DNA of 64,000 nt from Bacteroidota bacterium (GTDB lineage Bacteria > Bacteroidota > Bacteroidia > Flavobacteriales > Weeksellaceae): contig JAFAGO010000029.1 in assembly GCA_023422635.1 (NCBI GenBank), positions 116,796-180,795 on the forward strand, given 5' to 3'. A program made the position numbers and the translations under genes. This document shows positions 1 to 10,284 of the stretch, piece after piece; position 1 is the stretch's first letter; each line of letters begins with the position of its first letter. The notes beneath the pieces are model-generated. The model saw only the letters and a list, made by a program, of their open reading frames with translations, made no database searches and was not told the DNA's origin.

Positions 1-26
1 CTCTATTCAAAACAAATGAAATATAT

Positions 27-2762
27 TTAGAATTGAGTTACACGAACATCAATTCTTCTGTTTTTCGCTTTACATTCATCAGTATCGTTTTCGGCACACA
101 CTGGAAATTGCGAACCGTAGCCTTCTGCTTCAATTCTATCAGCAGAAATTCCCGACTCAATCAATTTTAGTTTTGCCGTTTGAGCACGCATGTTGGATAG
201 TTTTATATTCGCTTCTTCACTTCCTGTATTGTCGGTGTATCCGCCAAGTTTAATGTTTAAAGTGGGAAAAGCAAGCATAATTTCAGCAAGATTTTGTAAC
301 TGTTTTTCAGAACCAGATTTCAAATCCGCACTCGATGAGGCAAAATAAAGATTTTCTATGGTGAACCAATTATTTTTGTTTAAAAGAGCTTCATCCTGTT
401 GTTTAACACCATTGTAAAATGATTTTATTTGACTTTGGTTTCCGAGCTGAATTGATTTCTCATTAATGAGTTTTATTTCTTCGATCTCGCCCGTATCGTA
501 TACGAAATCACCTTCGTCATTCAAAGTGCCTTTCACAACTTTAACCACCGCAATATCTGTTGACCGATTGGAATGATAAACTTTTTCACCATTTACTTTT
601 TCAGATAAATTTTCATATTTTAATTTTCTTTCCGTTTCAATTTTATCCTTATAAATATTCGCTAAAGTTGGAGCGATGACCAACGAAACAATCGACATCA
701 ATTTAATTAAAATATTCATTGATGGACCTGATGTATCTTTAAAAGGATCTCCAACGGTATCGCCCGTAACCGAAGCTTTGTGAGGCTCCGATCCTTTATA
801 AAAGGTTTCTCCATTAATATCCACACCTTTTTCAAACGATTTCTTTGCATTATCCCACGCGCCACCTGCATTATTTTGAAACATTCCCATTAAAACTCCA
901 GAAACGGTAGCGCCTGCAAGAAAACCTCCTAAAACTTCTGGTCCGAAAATAAAACCTACAAGAATTGGAGTTATAATCGCTATTGCTCCTGGCAGCATCA
1001 TTTTTCTAATGGATGCATCTGTTGAAATCGCTACACATTTCTCGTACTCGGGCTTTGCCTTCCCTTCTAAAATACCTGGGATTTCACGAAATTGTCTTCG
1101 AACTTCTTCAACCATCGCCATAGCGGCTTGACCAACTGCGGTAATGGCCAAAGATGAAAATATAAATGGAATCATGGCGCCGACGAAAAGTCCTGCCAAA
1201 ACATCTGCACGGTAAATATCAATTCCATCAATTCCGGCAATCCCTACAAAAGCTGCAAAAAGAGCTAAAGCAGTTAATGCCGCTGATGCTATTGCAAAAC
1301 CTTTACCCGTTGCTGCCGTTGTATTTCCTACAGCATCTAAAATATCAGTTCTTTCTCGAACTTCTTTTGGCAATTCACTCATTTCTGCAATTCCTCCAGC
1401 GTTATCTGCAATCGGTCCGAAAGCATCGATTGCCAACTGCATTGCTGTGGTTGCCATCATTCCAGCAGCGGCAATAGCAACACCATATAAACCTGCACAG
1501 AGATATGAACCATAAATACCGCCAGCCAATACCAAAATTGGAAGCAATGTAGATTCCATACCAACAGAAAGCCCACCGATGATATTGGTTGCGTGTCCCG
1601 TTGAAGATTGTTTTACAATGCTAGAAACCGGGCGTTTCCCCATTGCGGTGTAGTATTCTGTAATAATACTCATTAAAGTTCCAACCAAGAGTCCGACCAT
1701 TATGGCTCCGAAAACACCGAATTTAGTAAATTCATGGCCGCGAAGTTCCATTGAATCGGGTAAAAGATAGCTGACCAAAAAATAAGAACTTACCGCCGTA
1801 AGTACAATACTTCCCCAATTGCCCAGATTTAATGCATTTTGAACTGCAGCTGTTGAAAAACCGGTACTCTCTTGAATTTTTACGAAAAGTGTCCCAATCA
1901 TGGAGAAAATTATGCCTAATCCCGCAATTAACATTGGCAATAAAATAGGAGCAAAACCACCAAATGCATCATTTGAAATTGTTTCTCTTCCCAAAACCAT
2001 TGTTGCCAACACAGTTGCCACATAGGATCCGAAAAGGTCAGCGCCCATTCCTGCAACGTCCCCAACATTATCTCCAACATTATCAGCAATTGTAGCGGGA
2101 TTACGCGGATCATCTTCAGGAATACCTGCTTCCACTTTACCCACCAGGTCAGCACCTACATCGGCTGCTTTGGTATAGATTCCACCTCCTACTCTGGCGA
2201 AAAGAGCAATTGATTCTGCTCCTAATGAAAATCCAGTAAGGATTTCAATTGTTCTTTCCATTTCGTGGGAATTAACAGGAGCATCGGGCGCAAAAAAATG
2301 TTTGATGATGAGATACAATGAGCCCAACCCCAACACGGCGAGTCCAGCAACACCCATTCCCATAACGGAACCACCCGTAAAGGAAACTTTAAGTGCTTTT
2401 GAAAGTGAAGTTTTTGCAGCTTCTGCAGTACGAACATTTGATTTTGTGGCGATTTTCATTCCGATAAATCCTGCCAAAGCAGAAAATACGGCGCCGAGCA
2501 CAAATGCCAATCCGATCGACCAATGGGCGTTTGCGTTACTCATTCCCATAATACCTAAAAGTACAGCAACGATAATTACGAAATACGTAAGAATTTTGTA
2601 TTCCGCTTTAAGAAATGCCATTGCACCATTTGCAATGTGGCTGGCAATTTCTTTCATTTTTTCATTTCCTGAATCTTGCTTGCTTACCCAATTACTCTGC
2701 AAATACGTGTAGAGCAGCGCAATGACTCCGAAAATGGGAACTAACAAAAATAAAACATTCAT
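27..2762 (-). CDS. hppA: Membrane-bound H+/Na+-translocating pyrophosphatase (K+-dependent type) fused to a C-terminal OmpA-like domain
   Basis: 911-aa ORF. mPPase signatures [28 protein letters not shown] and [13 protein letters not shown] lie in the first ~700 aa. The last ~110 aa fits the OmpA_C pattern ([22 protein letters not shown]...NRRIDVRV). Confidence 0.9.
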   Translation of the reverse strand: MNVLFLLVPIFGVIALLYTYLQSNWVSKQDSGNEKMKEIASHIANGAMAFLKAEYKILTYFVIIVAVLLGIMGMSNANAHWSIGLAFVLGAVFSALAGFIGMKIATKSNVRTAEAAKTSLSKALKVSFTGGSVMGMGVAGLAVLGLGSLYLIIKHFFAPDAPVNSHEMERTIEILTGFSLGAESIALFARVGGGIYTKAADVGADLVGKVEAGIPEDDPRNPATIADNVGDNVGDVAGMGADLFGSYVATVLATMVLGRETISNDAFGGFAPILLPMLIAGLGIIFSMIGTLFVKIQESTGFSTAAVQNALNLGNWGSIVLTAVSSYFLVSYLLPDSMELRGHEFTKFGVFGAIMVGLLVGTLMSIITEYYTAMGKRPVSSIVKQSSTGHATNIIGGLSVGMESTLLPILVLAGGIYGSYLCAGLYGVAIAAAGMMATTAMQLAIDAFGPIADNAGGIAEMSELPKEVRERTDILDAVGNTTAATGKGFAIASAALTALALFAAFVGIAGIDGIDIYRADVLAGLFVGAMIPFIFSSLAITAVGQAAMAMVEEVRRQFREIPGILEGKAKPEYEKCVAISTDASIRKMMLPGAIAIITPILVGFIFGPEVLGGFLAGATVSGVLMGMFQNNAGGAWDNAKKSFEKGVDINGETFYKGSEPHKASVTGDTVGDPFKDTSGPSMNILIKLMSIVSLVIAPTLANIYKDKIETERKLKYENLSEKVNGEKVYHSNRSTDIAVVKVVKGTLNDEGDFVYDTGEIEEIKLINEKSIQLGNQSQIKSFYNGVKQQDEALLNKNNWFTIENLYFASSSADLKSGSEKQLQNLAEIMLAFPTLNIKLGGYTDNTGSEEANIKLSNMRAQTAKLKLIESGISADRIEAEGYGSQFPVCAENDTDECKAKNRRIDVRVTQF

Positions 2763-2851
2763 AGTTTAGAGATTTTTTAAATAAGTATCTAAATATAATA
2801 AATATTATTAATGTTAACTACAGCAATTTTTCGGTTGAGAGAATAAAAAAA

Positions 2852-2874
2852 GGCAAACGAAAAATTCATTTGCC
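2852..2874 (-). terminator. Candidate rho-independent terminator after ppa
   Basis: GGCAAA/TTTGCC stem with an 11-nt loop. On the minus strand it is followed by a T-run (plus-strand A-run 2844-2851). Confidence 0.45.
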
Positions 2875-2899
2875 CTTACATTATTGAGATGCTTCGTTA

Positions 2900-3514
2900 T
2901 TATGCGCCACCGAATTTGTTGGCGTAATCGCGAAGCGATGCTTTTATAACTTCTTTTGCTTCATCTTTACCATATACTTCTTGAATTCTACATTTAGCAG
3001 GTTCATCTGGAAGGTTTTTATAGGTAAGGAAGTAGTGCATTAAACGTTTTACTTCAGCTTGAGGAAGTTCAGAAATATCACGGAAGTGTCCAAAAGCGTG
3101 ATCGCCCTTCATTACCGCAACAATTTTATCATCCGCCTCTCCTTTATCGATCATTTTGAATCCACCGATTGGAATCGCTTCCATCAACATTCCACCGTTG
3201 TGAATATTATGCGAACTTAAAACGCAAATATCCAAGGGGTCCAAATCTCCTCTATCCACATCATCTGCTCCACTTTCAACAGCCAATCTTTTCACTTCGT
3301 CGTGGCAATACGTTCTTGGGATAAAACCGTACAATGCAGGAATAATATTGGAAAACTGTTGTGGACGGTCCACTTTTAAGTAACCGGTTTCTTTATCGAC
3401 TTCATATTTAATAGTGTCGGACGGAACGATTTCTACAAATACATTCACCACGTCCGGAGCATCTTTACCGGCAGTAATTCCGTGCCAAGGATGCGCTTTA
3501 AAATTAGGTATCAT
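2900..3514 (-). CDS. ppa: Soluble inorganic pyrophosphatase, family I
   Basis: 204 aa. N-terminus HPWHGI..., YGFIPRT and DLDPLDICVL motifs are typical of family I PPase. Confidence 0.9.
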   Translation of the reverse strand: MIPNFKAHPWHGITAGKDAPDVVNVFVEIVPSDTIKYEVDKETGYLKVDRPQQFSNIIPALYGFIPRTYCHDEVKRLAVESGADDVDRGDLDPLDICVLSSHNIHNGGMLMEAIPIGGFKMIDKGEADDKIVAVMKGDHAFGHFRDISELPQAEVKRLMHYFLTYKNLPDEPAKCRIQEVYGKDEAKEVIKASLRDYANKFGGA

Positions 3515-3516
3515 TT

Positions 3517-4038
3517 TTATGATTTATAATTTAAAATTAATAATTCTTTTTTGAGTTCATCAATGGTTTCGGAAATAAAATCTCCTTCATTAAGATAATT
3601 GAGCAGGAAAAGAGATTTAAAATCTTCCAAATTTGCATGCGCTCCTAAACCTTCATGAGTGTTACGCAACATATTGAGGATTTGTTCTTTTGCGCTAACA
3701 ATATTCTTCCAATTTACACTGCTCATGTAGATTTGTTGAGCCGTATTGTATTCAAATTCTTCGTGAATACTTTTCTCGGTTAAAAAAAGAAACTCGTGTG
3801 GCGCCAATGTTTTATCAAATCGTGCAACGAGATTCACGGGTTTTATTCGTTCCAAAAAAAGCGTCATTCTTTCAAAAGATTGAAATCGTAGATCGTTTCC
3901 CTCTTTTATTGCAAGCATCTTTAACTCTCTCTCCTTCAAATTAGTATAAACCGTAACAAACTGACGAAGCAAAACCAAAAAAGGAATTGCCAACACTAAT
4001 GCAAAAGCATATGGTAGATAATCGGAATAGCTTGTCAT
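3517..4038 (-). CDS. Hypothetical membrane-anchored protein
   Basis: 173-aa ORF with an N-terminal hydrophobic helix (YAFALVLAIPFLVLL). Ends 2 nt upstream of ppa, so likely co-transcribed. Confidence 0.6.
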   Translation of the reverse strand: MTSYSDYLPYAFALVLAIPFLVLLRQFVTVYTNLKERELKMLAIKEGNDLRFQSFERMTLFLERIKPVNLVARFDKTLAPHEFLFLTEKSIHEEFEYNTAQQIYMSSVNWKNIVSAKEQILNMLRNTHEGLGAHANLEDFKSLFLLNYLNEGDFISETIDELKKELLILNYKS

Positions 4039-4131
4039 AATTTAAGACGCCAAATTTACTAATAATTTACGTATTACTTTCAAATTTTATTTTGCAACCT
4101 TGCTTTTGGTATTAAATTCATAAAATAAATA

Positions 4132-5037
4132 TTAAAGAAACGGAATATACTTTTTAAAAATCGATGTGATTATTTGTTTTTTAGTTTGATAAACAATCGG
4201 ATATTGATAAGCTATTGCGCCAAAACGTTCGTTAAATTTTGCAACATTCTCAACTTCACTTCCCATAAAATCAAAGCTTTTTAATTCAATCACATTTTGA
4301 AGAACATAATCAATCATAATCGAAGGAAAGTTGGTGTTTACAACAGGGAAATTATTAACAAAAAGACTCAGATAAAATTGGTTTTTGCCCTCATATAAAT
4401 ACACGAAGGATTGCGCTTCATTTTTGTATTCCATCACGCTGCACCAACCTATTTTTGCATTTACTAAACTCAAAAATTTGTGATAATACGCTTCACAATC
4501 ACTTTTACTTGTTGCGCCTTTCATATTATTTAAAAAGAAAGATCGGTCGCTAGAGTTTATATCATTTCTAAACTGAAGATGATCTTTAAAATCGTCGAGT
4601 ATTCTTACGTTCCTTCTTCGATGAACACTGTATTTTTTCTTCACCGATGCGTACTCACTTTTCTGAATACGATAAGAAGTTTTACAATTGATGGCATAAG
4701 GAAAGTGATTCTCTGAATTAAACGCATACTGAACCACCAAAAATTTCTCCATTAAAAAGCCATGAAACGCTGCATTTAGTGTGGGGTTATCTGTTTCCGA
4801 AAAAACGCCTAACTGCTGACAAATTTTAGGCATGATCACAAATGGAATCCCAAATTTCTTTTTAATCATCAGTGGCATCACCGCTTGGTAATCGCTGTAT
4901 TCCAAAATCAACCAATCTTCATCGGCGACAATATCTAGAAAATGTATCGCTGCATAATCTGCATTTTGAACTGCATTTTCTAAACACAGATTGTATTTTT
5001 CAATATCGATTTTATTTCTTTTAATGATGGTAATCAT
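4132..5037 (-). CDS. Hypothetical protein, possibly FemAB/GNAT-like acyltransferase fold
   Basis: 301-aa ORF. Its start overlaps the radC stop by ATGA. Family assignment is only a weak pattern impression. Confidence 0.55.
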   Translation of the reverse strand: MITIIKRNKIDIEKYNLCLENAVQNADYAAIHFLDIVADEDWLILEYSDYQAVMPLMIKKKFGIPFVIMPKICQQLGVFSETDNPTLNAAFHGFLMEKFLVVQYAFNSENHFPYAINCKTSYRIQKSEYASVKKKYSVHRRRNVRILDDFKDHLQFRNDINSSDRSFFLNNMKGATSKSDCEAYYHKFLSLVNAKIGWCSVMEYKNEAQSFVYLYEGKNQFYLSLFVNNFPVVNTNFPSIMIDYVLQNVIELKSFDFMGSEVENVAKFNERFGAIAYQYPIVYQTKKQIITSIFKKYIPFL

Positions 5038-5711
5038 AACCTATTTTCGTCGGCAAAACTATAATATCCTTTCTGCGAAATGATGAGGTGATCGAGAAGG
5101 TTGATATTTAATAATTTGCCAGCATCCTTTATTTTTTGGGTAATATTCAGGTCGGATTTGCTGGGCGTAAGATTTCCTGAAGGATGATTGTGCGCCACGA
5201 TAATACTGGTTGACCAATGTTCTAAAGCTGTTTTAAAAAGTACGCGAACATCTACAACCGATTCTGCAATTCCGCCTTTGGTTAAATTGGTTCGGTGAAT
5301 GACTTCATTATTCTGATTCAGAAAGATGGCCCAAAATTCTTCGGTGTGAAGATCAGCAAGCAATGGTCCTAAAACTTGATAAGCTGTTTTGGAATCGGAA
5401 ATTTTTACTCTTTGCGGAATTTCTTGTTGAGATTTCCTTCGACCGATTTCTAATGCAGTTGCAATTGAAATCGCTTTCGCTTCGCCAACGCCTTTAAATT
5501 TTAAGAAATCTTTTATGGTAAATTTTGCTAAAGTATTCCAATTGTTATTGGCAGCATCCAAAATGCGTCGCGCCAATTCCACAGCACTTTCATTACGGTT
5601 TCCGCTTCCCATAATAATCGCGAGCAATTCTGAATCGGAAAGTGAATCTTTGCCTTTAAGCAAAAATTTTTCCCGAGGTCGATCATCTTCAGCAAGTGAT
5701 TTTATGGACAT
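5034..5711 (-). CDS. radC: RadC-family JAB/MPN domain protein
   Basis: 225 aa. N-terminal DRPREKL-type HhH region and JAMM motif HNHPSGNLTPSKSD. Confidence 0.9.
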   Translation of the reverse strand: MSIKSLAEDDRPREKFLLKGKDSLSDSELLAIIMGSGNRNESAVELARRILDAANNNWNTLAKFTIKDFLKFKGVGEAKAISIATALEIGRRKSQQEIPQRVKISDSKTAYQVLGPLLADLHTEEFWAIFLNQNNEVIHRTNLTKGGIAESVVDVRVLFKTALEHWSTSIIVAHNHPSGNLTPSKSDLNITQKIKDAGKLLNINLLDHLIISQKGYYSFADENRL

Positions 5712-5738
5712 AAGTTCATCCGTTTTATGGCAATTATT

Positions 5739-6407
5739 TTATAAAATTAAACCATCTTTCATCACCAATTTTCTATCTGTTGTGTCCGCCAATCCCGCGT
5801 TGTGCGTAACAATTACAAAGGTTTGATTGTATTTATCGCGCAGATCAAAAAAGAGTTGATGAAGATCGTCTGCATTTTTGGAATCGAGATTTCCTGTAGG
5901 TTCATCGGCTAAAATGATTTTTGGTGAATTAATTAAAGCGCGCACCACTGCCACCCTTTGAGCTTCTCCACCAGAAAGCTGGCTCGGTTTGTGGTGAAGG
6001 CGATCTGCAATTCGAAGGTCTTCAAACAGAGAGAAAGCCTTATCCATAAATTCTTTTTCGTTATGCGCACCTGCAATTTTTGTGGGAAGAAGTGCATTTT
6101 CTAAAGCGGTAAATTCGGGAAGTAATTGATGGAATTGAAATACAAATCCAATATTTTCATTTCTAAATTTTGAAAGTTCTTTGTCCTTCATGTTCACGAA
6201 AGATCGTCCATCTAAAGCGATTTCTGTATTGAACTTTTCTGGAGAAGAGGGCTGATCCAAGGTACCCAAAATTTGCAGTAATGTTGATTTTCCTGCTCCT
6301 GATTCTCCAACAATGGATACGACTTCGCCTTCGATAATGTGGATATCTACGCCTTTCAACACTTCGAGATCTCCGTAGAATTTGTGAATATTTTTCGCTT
6401 TAATCAT
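5739..6407 (-). CDS. ABC transporter ATP-binding protein, LolD/MacB-type
   Basis: Walker A GESGAGKST, signature LSGGEAQRV, Walker B ILADEPTGNLD. Confidence 0.85.
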   Translation of the reverse strand: MIKAKNIHKFYGDLEVLKGVDIHIIEGEVVSIVGESGAGKSTLLQILGTLDQPSSPEKFNTEIALDGRSFVNMKDKELSKFRNENIGFVFQFHQLLPEFTALENALLPTKIAGAHNEKEFMDKAFSLFEDLRIADRLHHKPSQLSGGEAQRVAVVRALINSPKIILADEPTGNLDSKNADDLHQLFFDLRDKYNQTFVIVTHNAGLADTTDRKLVMKDGLIL

Positions 6408-6594
6408 AACTTCAAAAATAGTGATTAGTATTGAGATTTAAAATTTGATGGTGCAGATTTTTAGAAATTTTACAATTGCCGTAAAAATAGAAAGGTTATA
6501 CCATCACATCATCTTTTTATTTCAAGAGATTGCGATTCACAAATGGAACTTTTGGCGATTATTATTTTATTCTTTTGAACCGAAATTTTCCAAC

Positions 6595-6727
6595 GGATTT
6601 TCCGTTTCGCGTAAGTGATTGCAGAGAAAATCCCGCAGTGGAGCCGCGGAGCGAAGCGGAGCGGCAAAACGAGGAATTGTAACGGAAAGCACGGTATTTT
6701 TCGCGGTTGGAATTGTTGCTGCGAAAA
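6595..6727. repeat. GC-rich, hairpin-dense intergenic element (REP-like or small structured RNA)
   Basis: Stems GGATTTTC(6595-6602)/GAAAATCC(6626-6633) and TTTTCGC(6698-6704)/GCGAAAA(6721-6727). The core CCCGCAGTGGAGCCGCGGAGCGAAGCGGAGCGGC contrasts sharply with the AT-rich surroundings. Confidence 0.4.
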
Positions 6728-6742
6728 TATACGCCATAAAAA

Positions 6743-6771
6743 AAATCCTTCAACAAAATGCTGAAGGATTT
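6743..6771 (-). terminator. Rho-independent terminator after pdhC
   Basis: Perfect 10-bp stem AAATCCTTCA/TGAAGGATTT with a 9-nt loop. A T-run follows on the minus strand. Confidence 0.75.
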
Positions 6772-6794
6772 TCTGTATGTAATAAGTCGTACGA

Positions 6795-8420
6795 TTACAG
6801 CAATAGTGTTAATGGCTGCTCAAGATACGTTCTTAAAGTTTGTAGAAATTGTGCTCCTGTAGCACCATCGATTACGCGATGATCGCATGCTAAGGAAAGT
6901 TTCATGGTATTTCCCACAACTATTTGTCCGTCTTTTACCACTGGTTTTTCAACGATTCCACCTACGGAAAGTATCGCTGAGTTTGGTTGATTGATGATGG
7001 ACGTAAAGGTTTCGATTCCGAACATACCTAAATTGGATACGGAGAATGTTGAACCTTCCATTTCATTAGCTTTCAACGCTTTTGTTTTTGCTCTGGACGC
7101 CATATCTTTAACAGATGCAGAAATTTGATTGTAGTTCATGAAATCTGTATTTTTAAGTACAGGTACCACCAAACCATCAGGTACTGCTACGGCAACGCCC
7201 ACATTAATGTTTCCGTGGTGTACGATTTTATCGCCTGCCCAAGAAGAATTAACTTGTGGATGTTTTCTTAACGCCATTGCTACCGCTTTGATAATCATAT
7301 CGTTGAAAGAAACTTTTGTATCTGGAAGAGAGTTGATTTCTTTTCTTGCTTCGATCGCCTTATCCATGCTGATTTCCACCATTAGATAATAATGCGGCGC
7401 TGTGAATTTACTCTCTGCCAAACGTTTAGCGATAATATTACGCATTTGCGAGTTTGGCGTTTCGGAATCTTCACCGGCAACGAAATTAACTGCTGCTTGC
7501 GCTGGAGCTGCTGCAGGTTGTGCTGCTTTAGGAGCTGTGGCTGCTGCAGGTGTAAAGTTTTCGATATCTTTTTTAACGATTCTGCCGTTTTCGCCAGAAC
7601 CTTGAAGGGCATGAATATCAATTCCTTTATCTTCTGCCATTTTTCTTGCCAATGGAGAAATTGCAACTCTATCCGAAGATGAAGCGGCTACTGCTGGCTG
7701 AGAAACGTCTTTAGCAGCTACTGCATTTTCTTGCGATTTTTGTGCAGCTGGTACAGCTTGTGGTTTACCTCCTCCTGCAACGATTGCAGAAACATCGGTT
7801 CCCGCAGGACCAATAATCGCTAAGACTGTATCTACCGGTGAAGCATCGCCTTCTGCAACGCCTTGATAAAGTAATGTTCCATCTACTTCTGATTCAAAAT
7901 CTTGAACGGCTTTGTCGGTTTCGATTTCTGCAAGAATATCGCCTTCTTTTACCGCATCGCCAACATTTTTATGCCATTTTGCAACTTTACCTTCAGACAT
8001 GGTATCGGAAAGGCGCGGCATGGTGATAACTTCTACGCCTTCTGGAATTTCTGCTGAAGCAGTTTCCTTTTCAACTGGCTCAGTAGTTTCAACGTCAGTA
8101 ACGTTGTTCTCTGTTTTATGTTCTTCAGGAATAGCTGCTGCTTCTGAAGTGGCACCATCTTTTAGGGAAGAGATATCTTCACCTTCGTTACCAATAATCG
8201 CTAAAATAGAATCTACTGGAGCAGAAGCTCCTTCTTCCACACCGATGTACAAAAGGGTACCTTCAGTTTCGGATTCGAAATCCTGAACGGCTTTATCGGT
8301 TTCAATTTCCGCAAGGATATCGCCTTCTTTTACTTTGTCGCCTACTTTTTTATGCCATTTTGCCACCTTACCATCCGTCATTGTATCGGAAAGTCGTGGC
8401 ATTGTGATTACTTCTGCCAT
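6795..8420 (-). CDS. pdhC: Pyruvate dehydrogenase E2 (dihydrolipoamide acetyltransferase) with two lipoyl domains
   Basis: Two EIETDKA lipoyl-attachment motifs, Ala/Pro-rich linkers, catalytic DHRVIDGA. Confidence 0.9.
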   Translation of the reverse strand: MAEVITMPRLSDTMTDGKVAKWHKKVGDKVKEGDILAEIETDKAVQDFESETEGTLLYIGVEEGASAPVDSILAIIGNEGEDISSLKDGATSEAAAIPEEHKTENNVTDVETTEPVEKETASAEIPEGVEVITMPRLSDTMSEGKVAKWHKNVGDAVKEGDILAEIETDKAVQDFESEVDGTLLYQGVAEGDASPVDTVLAIIGPAGTDVSAIVAGGGKPQAVPAAQKSQENAVAAKDVSQPAVAASSSDRVAISPLARKMAEDKGIDIHALQGSGENGRIVKKDIENFTPAAATAPKAAQPAAAPAQAAVNFVAGEDSETPNSQMRNIIAKRLAESKFTAPHYYLMVEISMDKAIEARKEINSLPDTKVSFNDMIIKAVAMALRKHPQVNSSWAGDKIVHHGNINVGVAVAVPDGLVVPVLKNTDFMNYNQISASVKDMASRAKTKALKANEMEGSTFSVSNLGMFGIETFTSIINQPNSAILSVGGIVEKPVVKDGQIVVGNTMKLSLACDHRVIDGATGAQFLQTLRTYLEQPLTLLL

Positions 8421-8502
8421 ATTTTATAAATGTGATAATGAGTGAATGTGGAATTTAGAAATCGTAATTCCTAACTTCCACAATTACTTAATAATCGATT
8501 GT

Positions 8503-9504
8503 TTAGTTTTCTAATTTGTCTACAAAAGGATAATTTTCCTGAGCATATACATACTCGTAGATTTTCTCTGGATCTGGATATGGAGAATTTTCCATAAAAT
8601 CTACACATTCTTCAACAAAATCTTTAGATTCTGAATCAATTGCGTTTAATTCTTCTTCTGTTGCCCAACCATTTTGTAAAATTCTGTTTTTCACCAATTC
8701 GATAGGATCGTCTTCTTTATGAAGCGCAACTTCTTCTTTGGTTCTGTATGGTTCAGCATCGGACATAGAGTGACCTCTGTAACGATATGTTCTGGCTTCA
8801 ATAAAAGTTGGACCATCACCTCTTCTTGCTCTTTCGATTGCTTCATGAGCTGCTTCTGCCACTTTTTCAGGATCCATAGCATCTACTGCTAAACAAGGCA
8901 TTTCATATCCTAATCCTAATTTGTAAATATCTTCGTGGTTTGCAGTCCTGTGTACTGAAGTTCCCATTGCATATTGGTTATTTTCTACCACAAAAACTAC
9001 AGGAAGTTTCCAGTTCATTGCCATATTGAAGGTTTCGTGCAAAGATCCTTGTCTTGCAGCTCCATCTCCAAAAAACGTCATACAAACCGCTTTACGGTCA
9101 AAATATTTATCTGCAAATGCGATTCCAGCGCCCAAAGGAATTTGGCCTCCAACGATACCGTGTCCACCATAGAAACGGTGCTCTTTGCTAAAAATATGCA
9201 TAGAACCACCCATACCTCCAGAAGTTCCGGTTGCTTTACCGCAAAGTTCAGCAAGGATTCTTTTCGGATCAACACCCATTGCCATTGGATGAATGTGACA
9301 TCTGTAGGCCGTAATCATACTGTCCTTCGTCAAATCCATAGCGTGAGCAAAACCAGCAGGAATTGCTTCCTGACCGTTGTATAAGTGTAAAAAACCTCTA
9401 ATTTTCTGTTTTAGGTAAAGAGAACGGCATTTATCTTCAAACCTTCTCCACATCGTCATGTCTTTATACCAATTCAGGTAGACATCTTTAGAAAACTCTT
9501 TCAT
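8503..9504 (-). CDS. pdhA: Pyruvate dehydrogenase E1 component, alpha subunit
   Basis: 333 aa. ThDP-binding GDGAARQG...ENNQYAMGTS and YRYRGHSMSD phosphorylation-loop-like motif. Confidence 0.9.
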   Translation of the reverse strand: MKEFSKDVYLNWYKDMTMWRRFEDKCRSLYLKQKIRGFLHLYNGQEAIPAGFAHAMDLTKDSMITAYRCHIHPMAMGVDPKRILAELCGKATGTSGGMGGSMHIFSKEHRFYGGHGIVGGQIPLGAGIAFADKYFDRKAVCMTFFGDGAARQGSLHETFNMAMNWKLPVVFVVENNQYAMGTSVHRTANHEDIYKLGLGYEMPCLAVDAMDPEKVAEAAHEAIERARRGDGPTFIEARTYRYRGHSMSDAEPYRTKEEVALHKEDDPIELVKNRILQNGWATEEELNAIDSESKDFVEECVDFMENSPYPDPEKIYEYVYAQENYPFVDKLEN

Positions 9505-9593
9505 GCGTTATTGAAATTATACGACAAAAATAGTAAAAAAGAATTTTGTATTGAATACATCGCCCATTTAATTTACGGAAATGAATATGAGAT

Positions 9594-10250
9594 TTATCCT
9601 ATGCGCTTACGAACAAAAATCTCATAAGCCAAATAGATGAGCGGTAAAAACATTATTGCTAAATACAAAGCGTTTTGTACCGCTTGTGCAGGTTCAACAG
9701 CGACAGCATACACCAAACCTAAAACAGCACCACCCATATGCGCCGCGTGACCAATATTATCTCCAGCTCTTGGATTGATCATGCTGTATACAGAATACCC
9801 GAAATACAACAAACCAAAAATATAACCAGGAATAGGAATGGGAATGAAGAAAAAATAAATACCAATTTGCGGAAAAATAGCAATTGCTGCAAATAAAATT
9901 CCAGATACGCCTCCACTTGCGCCAATTGCGGAATACCAACCTTGATTCTTGTACAAATACAGTGAAAAAAGATTACCCAGAAGAATTGAACCTATATAAA
10001 TGATGACAAAACCAATATCCCCAAACGCCTCTAAAACAATTGGCCCAAAGAAATATAAGGTAAGCATATTGAACAACAAATGCGTGATATCGGCATGTAA
10101 AAATCCGGCTGAAAGCAAGCGTATGTATTCTTTCTTATACACAACGGCGCTAACATTGAATTTATATTTTTCGAAAAACGCAGGATTTTGAAATCCAATA
10201 AAACTCACAATAGCCGTGACCGCAATAAAAATTAGTAATAAAGTATTCAT
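9594..10250 (-). CDS. Rhomboid-family intramembrane serine protease
   Basis: Six hydrophobic segments, GASGGVSG catalytic Ser motif and a downstream HAAHMGG His. Confidence 0.85.
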   Translation of the reverse strand: MNTLLLIFIAVTAIVSFIGFQNPAFFEKYKFNVSAVVYKKEYIRLLSAGFLHADITHLLFNMLTLYFFGPIVLEAFGDIGFVIIYIGSILLGNLFSLYLYKNQGWYSAIGASGGVSGILFAAIAIFPQIGIYFFFIPIPIPGYIFGLLYFGYSVYSMINPRAGDNIGHAAHMGGAVLGLVYAVAVEPAQAVQNALYLAIMFLPLIYLAYEIFVRKRIG

Positions 10251-10284
10251 CTATTTATTTTTTTAACAATTGAAAGAAGCAAAT

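Noticed and set aside
1166-2712. Plus-strand ORFs (1166-1477, 2302-2712) and short minus-strand ORFs inside hppA
   Set aside because: They lie entirely within and antisense to, or out of frame with, a strongly supported 911-aa gene. Their low-complexity composition is typical of shadow ORFs.
6562-6882. ORFs 6562-6756 (-) and 6619-6882 (+) in the lolD-pdhC spacer
   Set aside because: They overlap each other on opposite strands and are translations of the GC-rich repeat/hairpin block. The second also runs into the pdhC 3' end. Better explained as a non-coding element.
7138-8286. Several 60-125-aa ORFs on both strands inside pdhC
   Set aside because: Shadow ORFs of the Ala/Pro-rich linker and lipoyl-domain coding sequence. 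pdhC itself has clear motifs.
8503-9504. Absence of a PDH E1 beta gene next to pdhA-pdhC
   Set aside because: To my knowledge the beta subunit is commonly encoded elsewhere in Bacteroidota genomes, so this is not evidence of gene loss.
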